Shown: positions 27,947 to 37,998 of the stretch, piece after piece
Position numbering within the stretch: position 1 is the first letter of the stretch
Layout: each line of letters starts with the position of its first letter
Origin: an uncultured Acidobacteriaceae bacterium
GTDB lineage: Bacteria; Acidobacteriota; Terriglobia; Bryobacterales; Bryobacteraceae
Direction: 5' to 3'
Assembly (NCBI GenBank): GCA_963730795.1
Contig: CAVSTJ010000002.1
Span: forward strand, 17,007 to 81,006
Length of the DNA stretch: 64,000 nt
Translations under genes and position numbers: made by a program
The notes under the pieces: model-generated
Databases searched by the model: none
Told to the model about the DNA's origin: nothing
What the model saw: only the letters and a program-made list of their open reading frames with translations

Positions 27947-30113
27947 CTACGGCTGGCTTCCCGTACAGAACTCACTCGAAGTTACCTGTTGGGGAAATTG
28001 AGTGTAGAGCTGGAGCCGTCTTACGAGCTTGCTGTATAGAACATCGGCGTCGGTTGATTCGGGATCCTGGAGTGAAGGGGTACTGAGTTGCTTTACCGCT
28101 CCGTTGATCTGGCAGGCTGCCGCCTGCTGCTGTGCAGCGACAAGTTTCTGCGTAGCACCGGCCGAGCCGCTACTTGAGGTAAATCGTCCCCGCGCAGTCC
28201 AGACTTGTACTTGGTCCAGCAGTTGGCTGAACGTCACTGGGGGGGTGTTCATGGGGAAAGCCACTAAATTGGAAGGATCCGACGGTGCGCTGTTCTTTTT
28301 CTCTGCGGTGACATAGTACATGTATTTCTGCCCGGCTTGGGCCGTTGAGTCGAAGAAAATGGTGGTACTTACATCTGCGATATCGGTCCATGGACCCACG
28401 CACTGATCGGGGATCTTGTTCCCGTACTGCAGATTCCAGCCTTCAACACTCACGTTGTCTCGCACTAGGCAGAGACTTAGCTGGGCACGCCAGACGTGGT
28501 AGATCTTCGCGCCGCCCACGCTGTTCCATGAGAGAAGTGGGTTGCCATTTTTTGCCGGTTCCATCTCCAGACGACCCGGAGGGTCCGGTGCCGACGATCC
28601 TCGAGTATTGGCCTGAAAAATCATAAGCCCGTAGTAATCGTTCACCGAGCCAACAAACATACCGTGAGGGGTGTAAGCCATAGAACGGAAGCCGTAGTCG
28701 AACTTACCCCCCAATGGATCGCCCTTGTCTGTAAAGCCATTCAGAGTCATCGGACTGAAATACCACGCGTCCTGCGTGCGGTAAAGCTGTGCTCCCATGT
28801 TTGCCGCCAACAGTGGTCCGTAATTACTATCGAATCGCGCTGCTGTGCTCGCGTTGTATGTTCCGATATACAGATACCTGAATGGGTCGTCCATTTGCCA
28901 CGCATGATCGTTCAGAGTAAGACCGAACCCGGCCTCAAGGCCGCTGCTGGGATACTTCATCGCGGAAGAGCCGTTCGCAGCAGGCACGGATCGGGGCGCC
29001 CCGACCACCAAATCCCATGTGTCGTCAGGGTTGATTCGAACGATTTCCGTAAATGTTGCCGTCCCAACGTACAACTGCCCTCCGTATACATGCATGCTCA
29101 CGACAGACTTGCTCGCGGTAGCGGGACTCAATCCTCCACCAGCGGGCACCACGGTGATGAACTGGTACGGCGGTGATCCCTCGGCCTTCGTCTTGACTAC
29201 TGAGTAGCCGCCGACAGGATCAAAGCCGCCCAGGTATAACCATCCATTAAAAACCTCAAGCTCATAGTAAATGGGGTTTGCGTCGCCTGCTAGAAACCAT
29301 GAATTGTCGCCCTGCGACGGGTTGGCTGAGGCGATCAGCGAGCCCTGGCCGAAAGCTGGCCCGCACAGGGCAAACAGCTTTCCGTTGTAGGAAGTCGCCG
29401 CGCGAAAACTGGAATGATCGGAGTTGAACGGAAGATCTCCCAGGAACGTTCCAGGCGTTTGTGGTAAGGGCGAGAAGTTGATGCCGTCAGTGCTGCGTAG
29501 GATGCGGGGAGGCGGCAGCTTTGTTCGATCATAGATGATGGTGGTATTCACGCCGAACGCGTACAAAGCCTGCGTGCCATCTGGTTCCGTGTAAGTTGTG
29601 AAATCCCGAATAGCCATCTCGTACGGGAGTTTCTTTCCTGGGCGAGGCGGAAAAGCAGGAACACCGGCTCCGGGATTATCGAGCGCGAGAGGCGACTGAA
29701 ATACTCGTTGCCAGCCGCCGCTCTGAGTCCAGCGCCAGATCTCAGCCTGAAGGCTTAGATCCGCTGGGTCGGGAGCACACGAAAGATCCGGGTCAGTAGG
29801 TGGGTAGGGCAAATAGGTATTCGCCAGACTGGCGCTGACGTTGATACTTACGTATTGCCAGACCGCATCCCAACTGCTACAAAGCGACTGCCGGCTCGTA
29901 CCGACGTATAGCGCATTGTTCCACCAGATCATGGCTTGCGGCCAACTGTTGTTTCGGTCTCCGAAGCCGCGAGGTGCGGCCTCCATAAAAGTTACTTGCG
30001 GTTATGGGTCGTGTGCTGTTTTGCGCCCTTGTAAGGGACGCGCCGAGCGTGAGGGACACGGTTATCAGTCCAGCGGCGATGAGGGCTGCTCGTTGGTGCT
30101 GTGTTTTGTTCAT
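27947..30113 (-). pseudogene. secreted beta-propeller-like + FN3-like domain protein, signal peptide separated by a frameshift
   Basis: ORF 29877..30113 begins with a clean Sec signal (MNKTQHQRAALIAAGLITVSLTLGASLTRAQ). It abuts the 679-aa ORF 27947..29986 in the adjacent frame, with the switch near 29986-30005. An FN3-like segment (KIYHVWRA...YMYYVTAE) lies near the C-terminus. The span is 1 mod 3. Alternatively the 679-aa ORF is a stand-alone CDS. Confidence 0.55.
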
Positions 30114-30241
30114 GAATACAACTACGTCCTATTCTTGGGATTACTTTTACTTCAGGCAAACGCGGGACTTGTGTGTCTGAGGCGCGATTCTCGCGGCCGC
30201 AGCGCTCTGGCAAAACCAGACAATGTATTTGGGAGACCGGA

Positions 30242-31580
30242 TTACAATACCAGACTGGTTGAGGCCTCTTCCATCGCTCGGGGCGATTTCACGGCGAGGG
30301 ACTCCAGCAACTCAGCAGCGTGTGCCGGGCCCGGCGCCTGCGCCAATTTCTCAGCGATGCGTCGGGCATTCGCTCGAAAATGAGGCTCTTTGAGCAATCT
30401 CATAACAGCAGCACGGACGCGATCCGGTGTACACTTCCGGGGCGCAAGCCGAATTCCAACGCCGGCTTCTACAACGCGCTGAGCATTATCACTCTTTTCC
30501 CAGAATGTCGGGACCATCAATAGCGGCACACCAGCCTTCAGCGCAGCCATAACGGTGGCTGGCCCTCCGGTGGTTACCACGACGGCACAATGGGGCAGCA
30601 AATCCTCATGGCTGAGCCACCGTTCGACTCGCACGTTTGTTGGAAGAGGATCGAGGCCCAACGTTTTAGGATCCCTTGACTGGCCCGTTGTCAGGATTAC
30701 TTCGACCGCCTCATTCGCCAGTCCTGCTGCGGTCGCACGCAACAAGAACGGTTCTTGATACTGCGCCGTACCTTCTGTTGCGTGAACCCATGGCCGCGTC
30801 TTTGTAAGCTCGTTCAGCCACTGTGGCTGGGGTGCTCCCCCAGGTCTGGTCCATACGCATGGACCGACATAATGCACGTTCGACGGTTGATCGTGACGTT
30901 CGTAATCGAGTTCCGGAATGCTCGGGATGAGGTATAGCGGCAAGCGCCCGCTGAAGGCGTTGATCGAACCACCCATAGGCTTCAAACCGTATCGGGCCCT
31001 GATCCGATTGACTTGCTGGCGCATGCGGTAAGCGATTACGTCGATGGCTAACTCGGTTGCGCGCGCAAGCAGCCTCGTTCTGAAGTTCCGGGGCGGTGGG
31101 AGTCCGGGACCCCAGGGTGGCGCATCCGGTCCCGGAATCAGAGAGCCCATCATCGTCGACGAAAGGGCAACCGGTAAACCGGTAAGCTCCCAAATAACCA
31201 ATATGGAACCCCACATTGCAGGATCCGTAACCAAAGCCTCAGGTTGCCATTCCTCGAGGATCGGCTTCAGGTCTGTCGACCTGCTCCGGAATGGAGTCAG
31301 CGAGCATGTCGCGATAGGCCCGCATCGCAACGGAGAGAGTTTGACGTTTCGGTTGAGTAGCCGGTACTTTGGCTTCAAGCGCGTGGATACGCTCGTAGCG
31401 CTGGTCGTCAACATGAATGAATGGGAACAGCTTGAAGCCTTCTCCTTCGACCACTGGACGCGTGGATTCGTGGCTGTAGAAGGCAACATCGTGACCGCGA
31501 TCGCGCAGCGCGTGCGCGATGCTGATCTGGGGATATAGGTGTCCAACGAACGGCCAACACGTGACAAGGAAACGCGCCAT
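30242..31580 (-). pseudogene. GT1 MGT-family UDP-glycosyltransferase, frame-disrupted
   Basis: The N-terminus MARFLVTCWPFVGHLYPQISIAHALRDRGHDV is in ORF 31239..31580. The remainder (DLKPILEEWQPEALVTDPAMWG...TTGGPATVMAALKAGVPLLMVP) is in ORF 30242..31567. The switch is at about 31265-31285 (GTCGACAGACCTG). The span is 1 mod 3. Confidence 0.8.
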
Positions 31581-32960
31581 TAGTCGCTACCTCCCTGGCC
31601 CATCGTTAACGGCACTAATGATGGATTCATTTGTGAGAGACGAACACTGCCGCCTGCTGCGGTGGCGCTTAGGTTTTCCAGCATCTTGGCAGCCCTGCTC
31701 GGACCCTCGTATTCGGTGAATGAGCGGGCAAGGCGCTGGGCGTTCCGGCGAAACGATGGCTCGTTCAGCACGCGTTCGACAGCAGCCCTAAGCCGCTGCG
31801 GCGTACATCGCGTTGGCGTAATGCGAAGGCCGGCCCCGGCCTCAACCACTCGTTGCGCGTTTTCCGGTCTGTCCCACTCGGTTGGCACAATGACCAGAGG
31901 GATACCGGCTTTGAGAGCCGCAAGCACGCCACCCGACCCGCCCAGAGTCACCATTACGGCAGTTTTAGGCAACAAATCGCTCTGCGGCACATACGACTCG
32001 ACACGCACATTCGGATAAACCGGGCCTAGATTCAGCGCCGCGGGATCCCGCTGTTTTCCCGTTGTCATAACGACCTCAAAGGGTCCATCTCCGAATGCAC
32101 GCAACGCCGCTTTCAGCAAGAAAGGTTCCTGCGTTCCAATGGTCGCCTCCGTGACGTAAATCAAGGGCTTGTCCGGGGCAAGCTGCGCGATCCATTCGGC
32201 TGGCCCTATCTGATTAGGCTTATCCCAGAGGCACGGACCCACATATTGAACAGAATGAGGCAAATCGCGGCGCTGATAATCGTACTCCGGCGTGCTCGGG
32301 ACAAGATAGAGCGGCATCTGGCCGGCGTACTCCGTAACAGAACAGCTCACGGGCGGCAAACCGTACCGCTTGCGAATGATATTCACCTGCGCTCTGAACC
32401 CAGTCGAGAGCCACGACACGACCATGAATTTCAGTCTTGACTGCAAACGCATGAGCGGCGTTGCGTGGTTTGGGCAAACCCTGACCCCAGAATGGGGCAT
32501 CCCGTCCTGGCAGAATGCAAGCAGCAAGAATTGACATAACGGCAACAGGAATCTGCCTGGCCTCGTGAAGCACGATGATGGGCCCCCAAAACGCCGGGTC
32601 GCAGATCAACACCTCCGGGCGCCACTCCTCGAGCAAGAGGTCGAGATCCTGAATCTGATCTGGAACGGTATCGAGCAGCCACTCGCGAAATCTCGTCTGG
32701 AGCTTGCGTGCGCGCTTCAACTGTTTAAGGAGCGAAGGCGAATAAGCAAAGTCGTCGGACGATGCGAGTTCCCGAACTCTCTCCTCATCGACTCGTTTGA
32801 AGGGAAAAAACGCAAACCCTTCGCCCTCGATCACACTGCGCACCGATGAACCACTATAGAAACCGGCCTCGTGACCGCGCGCCTGAAGCGCATGAGCCAA
32901 GGCGATCGCCGGATTGACGTGACCCGGGAAAGGCCACACTGCAAACAGAAATTTAGCCAT
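31580..32960 (-). pseudogene. GT1 MGT-family UDP-glycosyltransferase (paralog of 30242..31580), frame-disrupted
   Basis: The N-terminus MAKFLFAVWPFPGHVNPAIALAHALQARGHEA...GQGLPKPRN is in ORF 32220..32960. The remainder (RLQSRLKF...RKRYGLPP...TLGGSGGVLAALKAGIPLVIVP) is in ORF 31580..32545. The switch is at about 32450-32475. The span is 1 mod 3. TAATG stop/start overlap with the next GT1. Confidence 0.8.
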
Positions 32961-32988
32961 TCCTTCGTCTACGTACCTTCGGTTCGGA

Positions 32989-33927
32989 TCAGTCTCTCAG
33001 CGCAGGTTTAGCGCTGAGTGGCGGAGCGCTCTGAGTTGCACGGCGGATCACGGTGCGGAAGTAGATCCGTTCGAACAAATCTCCCGGCAACCACCTTCGG
33101 AGAGCCACGGCAAGTTTCGCCTTCCGGCCGACCATGTAGCGGAGGTTCGGATTCTTAGCAGTTAAAGCACCATAGACGACCGCCGCAACATCGCCGGGCG
33201 TCGCGGTAGATGCCTGAACTAATTTGTCCGACTCCTGTTCAGATCGAGAGAACCACGCCGCATAGGGGCTATTCGGATCACCTGCCCGCGCAGCAAGACC
33301 ACGGTTGATTGTCCAGCGCTCCGTCTTGATAATGCCTGGTTCAACCAGGACAACGTTGATTCCCAACGGTGCCAACTCCATGAAGAGTGACTCGCCAAAA
33401 CCCTCCACCGCAAACTTGGTAGAACAGTAGGCGCTCACACCCAGTGAGCCGATCCGACCTCCTACCGAACTCATCAGAATGATCCGGCCGTTCCTCGCCT
33501 TTCGCATATGAGGGAGCACCGCCCGGGTTACTTCCATCACTCCGAAAAGGTTTGCCTCAAACAAACGGCGGATCTCATCGTAATCCAAATCCTCGAAGTA
33601 GCCGCGCAAGCCCACACCGGCATTGTTGATGACACCGTAGATTGCACCAGCCTCGGCGACGATCGAGTCAACGACTGCACGGATGCTGTCTCGATCGGTG
33701 ACGTCGAGTGACATTACCCTGAGATCCACGCCTCGATCTCTGGCAGCACTGAGCAGGCTTTCGGATCCGCCCATGTCCCGGACCGTCGCATACACCTTGA
33801 ATCCGCGTTCGGCGAGATACAAGGCCATCTCTTTTCCGAGCCCAGTCGAAGCTCCGGTGATGAGGATGGCCGCGCCCTTCATTGTTTCTCTCATTTGCTG
33901 ATTTCCGAGCCTACTGTCCTTGATCAC
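32989..33927 (-). CDS. SDR family oxidoreductase
   Basis: ILITGASTGLGKEMALYLAERG (TGxxxGxG), NNAG and YCSTKFAVEG (YxxxK). GTGA overlap with the upstream hydrolase gene. Confidence 0.85.
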   Translation of the reverse strand: MIKDSRLGNQQMRETMKGAAILITGASTGLGKEMALYLAERGFKVYATVRDMGGSESLLSAARDRGVDLRVMSLDVTDRDSIRAVVDSIVAEAGAIYGVINNAGVGLRGYFEDLDYDEIRRLFEANLFGVMEVTRAVLPHMRKARNGRIILMSSVGGRIGSLGVSAYCSTKFAVEGFGESLFMELAPLGINVVLVEPGIIKTERWTINRGLAARAGDPNSPYAAWFSRSEQESDKLVQASTATPGDVAAVVYGALTAKNPNLRYMVGRKAKLAVALRRWLPGDLFERIYFRTVIRRATQSAPPLSAKPALRD

Positions 33928-34787
33928 GAGTTCGCTAGAAGTTGCTCGGGCTCCCTGCTCTCACGCATGGTTTCAGCAGCCTCCAGGAACTTTCTTACAT
34001 TCTGCAGCAACAGGTCCGGACGCTCGATCGGTCCGAAATGCTCACTCCCCGAAATGAGCGTGCATGTGGAGTTGACCAAGTGATCTCGCAAATACTCGTA
34101 TGTGTCGAGGAACACGGAATCCTCCCCGTAGATCACGAGCGTCTGATGCTGAACTTTGTTTATCGCGTCGAGCGTCATACCGGCCAACTCGCAATAATCC
34201 TTCGCGGCCGTGGTCGTATCCATCAGTCTCACCAGCGGCGCAGCACGACGGGCGCGACCCTTCCTATAGCCGAACAGCATGGGAAGTCCGACACTGGCGC
34301 GAACCAAGTATTCCGTGTCGTACCATTTCTCTCGCGGAACTACCACTCCGCCCAGAGCCAACTTATCCCGCCAATATTGCCAGCCGGCCCAATCCTCTCG
34401 CTCGCGCAACGGGATCAGCGCCGCAATGGCTGGCTCAATCAGTATCAGGCGGTCCACCCGGTCGGGGTAAGCAATCGCGAAGTGCAGGGCGACATCCGCA
34501 CCGAAGCTGTGTCCCATGATGTGCGCCCGCTCGATTCCCAATGCATCCAGAAGCTGGCGCAGGTCCGACGCGTGATCCGCCGTGGTGTAACCGGTCGGCG
34601 GTACGTCGCTATATCCATGACCGCGCAAATCGTAAGTTGCGAGCCGGTACTCGGACATCAGCGCCGGCACAATCTCGAGGTGCCAGATCGCCAGATTCCC
34701 AGTCATGCCGTGAATCATCACGAGGTTTGGCCCTTCCCCGAATTGCTGAAAATGTAGATTAAACCCGTTAACGAGCGCTTTAGGCAA
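33924..34787 (-). CDS. alpha/beta hydrolase
   Basis: LVMIHGMTGN oxyanion region, nucleophile elbow IMGHSFGADVAL and C-terminal SGSEHFGPIE (catalytic His). Confidence 0.85.
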   Translation of the reverse strand: MPKALVNGFNLHFQQFGEGPNLVMIHGMTGNLAIWHLEIVPALMSEYRLATYDLRGHGYSDVPPTGYTTADHASDLRQLLDALGIERAHIMGHSFGADVALHFAIAYPDRVDRLILIEPAIAALIPLREREDWAGWQYWRDKLALGGVVVPREKWYDTEYLVRASVGLPMLFGYRKGRARRAAPLVRLMDTTTAAKDYCELAGMTLDAINKVQHQTLVIYGEDSVFLDTYEYLRDHLVNSTCTLISGSEHFGPIERPDLLLQNVRKFLEAAETMRESREPEQLLANS

Positions 34788-34801
34788 CTAAGAATTTCTC
34801 C

Positions 34802-36411
34802 TCATTCCACATATCCGAGTGCACGTAAGTGCTGCATCACTTCCGCAGCAACGTTGGCATCAATAGCTGGCGCTTCTTCTGAACTACTATCCGAACCAGC
34901 TTGCGTAGACGCTCCGAAGCGCACTGGATGCGATTGCAGGTATCCAGGCTCAAACAGTTCGCCCGGCACGCGGCCTTCGAAATCGATCGGAATCGGGATT
35001 TCCAATGAGTGAAGGAGCAGCGGTGCAACATCGAGGATGGAAAGCGACGGCACGGAGGCACCCCGCCGTATTCCAGGGCCTGAAGCCGCAAACACGCCTT
35101 GCGGACGATGCGCGCCACTCAATTCTTTGCGGGGCCTCAGAGAGGACTTCGGAAGGCAGAATTGACACTAGGCCGCCATCCCTGAGCATCAACGTCAAAT
35201 CCGGGGCTGCTCGCATCTGATCACCGGCAAACGCTTCCTCTCGCGTCCAGATCTGAGACACGACTTTTCTTCCGGTCACGGGATCGAGCGAATTCGAGCA
35301 AGCGGTCCTTCAATTCACGCCGGAAGCCTTCATAGTCAGCGGCAGCCACTCCTTTTCCCTTGGCTGTCCGCGGTACGATGTAGATCCCGTTGCTGCTCGG
35401 AGTCGGGCAATAGGCGGTGGTTCTGTCCCAATCGATTTGATAGAACCGCTTTGCCATCGTCCCGATACCAAGAGTCTCTGCGTGTTTCTGGTCAACGGTG
35501 GCGTTATCAGTCCAGGCTAAATACCCGTGTTGGTGAAGCCAGGCATTCAAATAGAAGACTTCTTCCGTTGGCCCGAAGCCGTGATCGGAAGCGACAACCA
35601 CGCTCGCCTCTGGTCCGCCGGTCGCGACGATCTCCCCGATAAACTGGTCAATCTCGCGGAAGTATTCCAGGCACAACTGACGAGCCCGAAGCTCCCAGAC
35701 GGACGGTGAAGATGGAAACAAGCTTGAGTCCAGAAAACGCCAGCAAACATGCTGCAGCTTATCCACTCCGTCAAACAGGACTGCCGTCAAATCGCATGGG
35801 TCCGTTTGCATCAGGTAGCGAAGCACATTGAACCATTGCCGCTCTCTGCGAGTATGTAAGATAATCCAACTTTCGTAGTCTTCCTCGCGTGTACAGCCCT
35901 CAAGCGCTCTCTCTTCGAGCGCCATATCCATGGCCATTTCTTTCGCATTGAAGCCAGGAAGAGCCGAAAGCTGTTCGTACAGGGACTTGGGATAACACGC
36001 GAGCCGAAGATGGCGCCACGGCACCCAGCCGGGAACGACACTGCCTAGGATTTTCGGGGCCGGGAAGGTAGACGGGAAATTCAGCACCGTGGCCGTTCGC
36101 TCGTGCCGCGTGAGGATGGACCAGATCGTTTCAGAAGCGACGTCTTCGGAACTCACTACTCGAAGCTGATGCCCGTCTGAACAAAATTGAAAGCGTAAGA
36201 AGTCGAAGATGCCATGATTCCCGGGACTGCGGCCGGTCATGAGCGATGTCCAGGCGGGTGGAGTAAGCGGGGGAATCACCGAGGCGAGTTCCGCACGCGT
36301 ACCGGACGCGAACAACTTCTTCAGTGAGGGCATGACGCCCGCTTCGATGAGCGGGTCAAGGACCGAGAACGTAGCTCCGTCCAGGCCGATGAGAAATGTA
36401 CGCCTGGTCAT
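34802..36411 (-). pseudogene. alkaline-phosphatase-superfamily phosphodiesterase/nucleotide pyrophosphatase, two frame disruptions
   Basis: The N-terminus FLIGLDGATFSVL...PPLTPPAWTSLMTGRSPGNHGIFDF is in ORF 35221..36411. The middle (VTGRKVVSQIWTREEAFAGDQ...) is in ORF 34950..35279. The C-terminus (SGAHRPQGVFAASGPGIRRG...ILDVAPLLLHSLEIPIP) is in ORF 34802..35122. The switches are near 35275-35300 and 35105-35135. The span is 2 mod 3. Confidence 0.75.
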
Positions 36412-36713
36412 CGGGCAACCCCTGCAGCCGCCCCATTCAAGTGGCTGTGAACAAATCCGACAAGTTCACCTATAGTTAGGTCCTTGACATCTCTCCGACC
36501 TATATCTGCGAGCAATTGCGGAAACGGCATGGGGCGGCCATAATGCTCCTGCACAAACGAGGCCAGCACCACAGTGTCAATGGACTCAAACCCTAAATCG
36601 GCGAACAGTAGCGTATCGGGCGTTATCTCTCCCGAGTACTCCCAATCCCGGGACAATTGGCTGAGTAGGTTGACCACGTCGGTCATGACTGTCGGTTGAT
36701 CAACTGCGCTCAT
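36408..36713 (-). CDS. acyl carrier protein (PP-binding)
   Basis: LFADLGFESIDTVVLASFVQEHYG, with Ser at the DSL position. The start ATG 36713 (MSAVDQ...) has AGAGGA 5 nt upstream. ATGA overlap with the downstream gene. The track ORF extends to 36860. Confidence 0.7.
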   Translation of the reverse strand: MSAVDQPTVMTDVVNLLSQLSRDWEYSGEITPDTLLFADLGFESIDTVVLASFVQEHYGRPMPFPQLLADIGRRDVKDLTIGELVGFVHSHLNGAAAGVAR

Positions 36714-37998
36714 CAGTTCCTCTTTCATAAAATGATGTTGCGAAGACGTATTCCCCTTCCCGCGCTGTGTAGGTAACGAGTTCACTCTGCAAAGCTTGGG
36801 GAACTTCGGCGGCGAGTTTCCCGGAAGGAGCGGCTCGAACAATGCCCGTCTTTGCGTCAACCGAGATTATTCGTACGCTACTCGGTCCTTCGAGAAGTCC
36901 GCGACCAAGAGCTTTTGCAACAGCCTCTTTCGTACACCACAGCCTTAGTACCCATTCAGGCCGGTTTGATTCGGAGATGTTTGCAAGAAGTAGCCGCTCG
37001 TCAGAGGTAAACGCAACATTGACAAAGCTTGACGCGAGTTCGCGTATAGCTTGGATATCAATGCCGAAGGAGCCGCTGTTTCCATTGCCGGCGACAGCGA
37101 CGGCAGTTCCGTTGGAATGCGTCAGAGACAAACCCGGAGCAGTTCGCAACCGTTTCAGCCACGATCCTTGGGCAAACGGCTTGCCATGCTCGTCCTGAAC
37201 GATCTCAATATCTGCAGGCAACAACTCTAGTCCGTAATGCCGCTTTAGCAGCGAGCGAATTGCATCCTTGGCGGCAGTCCTGCCACTCAACCACTCCAAG
37301 CGTCGTTTTTCAGGACTCTGCCGTTGCGAAAAGAATTTTCTTTCCTCTCGCGAGAGTACGAGAGAAGCCCACAGGTCCGTCCAGAGGCCGTCGCCAGGTT
37401 CGAACAGGCTTTCAACCCGATAACACTCGAGGCTATCCCTGGCCGGTATGCCACGAAGCGGCGTCTCCCAGGACTCGCTAATCAGCGCTTCACCGGGAGC
37501 AATCCAGGCGTGGTGAAATCGCTTCGGCGGATCGAAGCGGCGATCTTCCCACCCGCGGACTTCCATCCATAATGATCCATCACTCCCCAGGACTTCGATG
37601 GTTGAGCGAATGCGCTCATTGCCGATCATCTGCAGCTTCAACCGGCAACTGAGTTGTTCTCCGGCGGGGCGATTGGGTCCGTAAATGCGAAGAGTTTCCA
37701 GCCGGTACGGAAACACGACAAAGCCCGATTCCAGGTACTCAGCGGCCCAGAAGCCTACAAGTTGACCCGCAGCGTCGAGCGCGACGGGATCGGTAACGAA
37801 GGATGGCTCGGGGTTCGACCTGAAGAGATTATTGGTTGGCAGTATTCTCAGATGGGCGGATACGCCGTCTTGGCCCGAGCGATCTACGCTCGCCACTCCC
37901 TGGAAGCAAGGACCATGAAACATCAATCGCCCGTCGTATAGATCGGCGGAGGCCAGGCTTGAAACCCGTTCGGCCGCGAGCGAAAACGGAGCGCGCAA
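36700..37998 (-). CDS. C-terminal half of a PKS dehydratase domain fused to an Sfp-type 4'-phosphopantetheinyl transferase (probably the 3' part of the upstream PKS gene)
   Basis: LYDGRLMFHGPCFQGV and DPVALDAAGQL parallel the second half of the DH domain of the 2901-aa synthase. PPTase motifs FGIDIQAI and LWCTKEAVAKALG are present. The ORF has no plausible independent start (the track start is TTG inside the DH domain). Confidence 0.7.
   Translation of the reverse strand: MRAPFSLAAERVSSLASADLYDGRLMFHGPCFQGVASVDRSGQDGVSAHLRILPTNNLFRSNPEPSFVTDPVALDAAGQLVGFWAAEYLESGFVVFPYRLETLRIYGPNRPAGEQLSCRLKLQMIGNERIRSTIEVLGSDGSLWMEVRGWEDRRFDPPKRFHHAWIAPGEALISESWETPLRGIPARDSLECYRVESLFEPGDGLWTDLWASLVLSREERKFFSQRQSPEKRRLEWLSGRTAAKDAIRSLLKRHYGLELLPADIEIVQDEHGKPFAQGSWLKRLRTAPGLSLTHSNGTAVAVAGNGNSGSFGIDIQAIRELASSFVNVAFTSDERLLLANISESNRPEWVLRLWCTKEAVAKALGRGLLEGPSSVRIISVDAKTGIVRAAPSGKLAAEVPQALQSELVTYTAREGEYVFATSFYERGTDERS

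Noticed and set aside
33942-34757. 271-aa plus-strand ORF
   Set aside because: It is antisense to the alpha/beta hydrolase gene, which has a clear GHSFG elbow. It has no recognisable domain.
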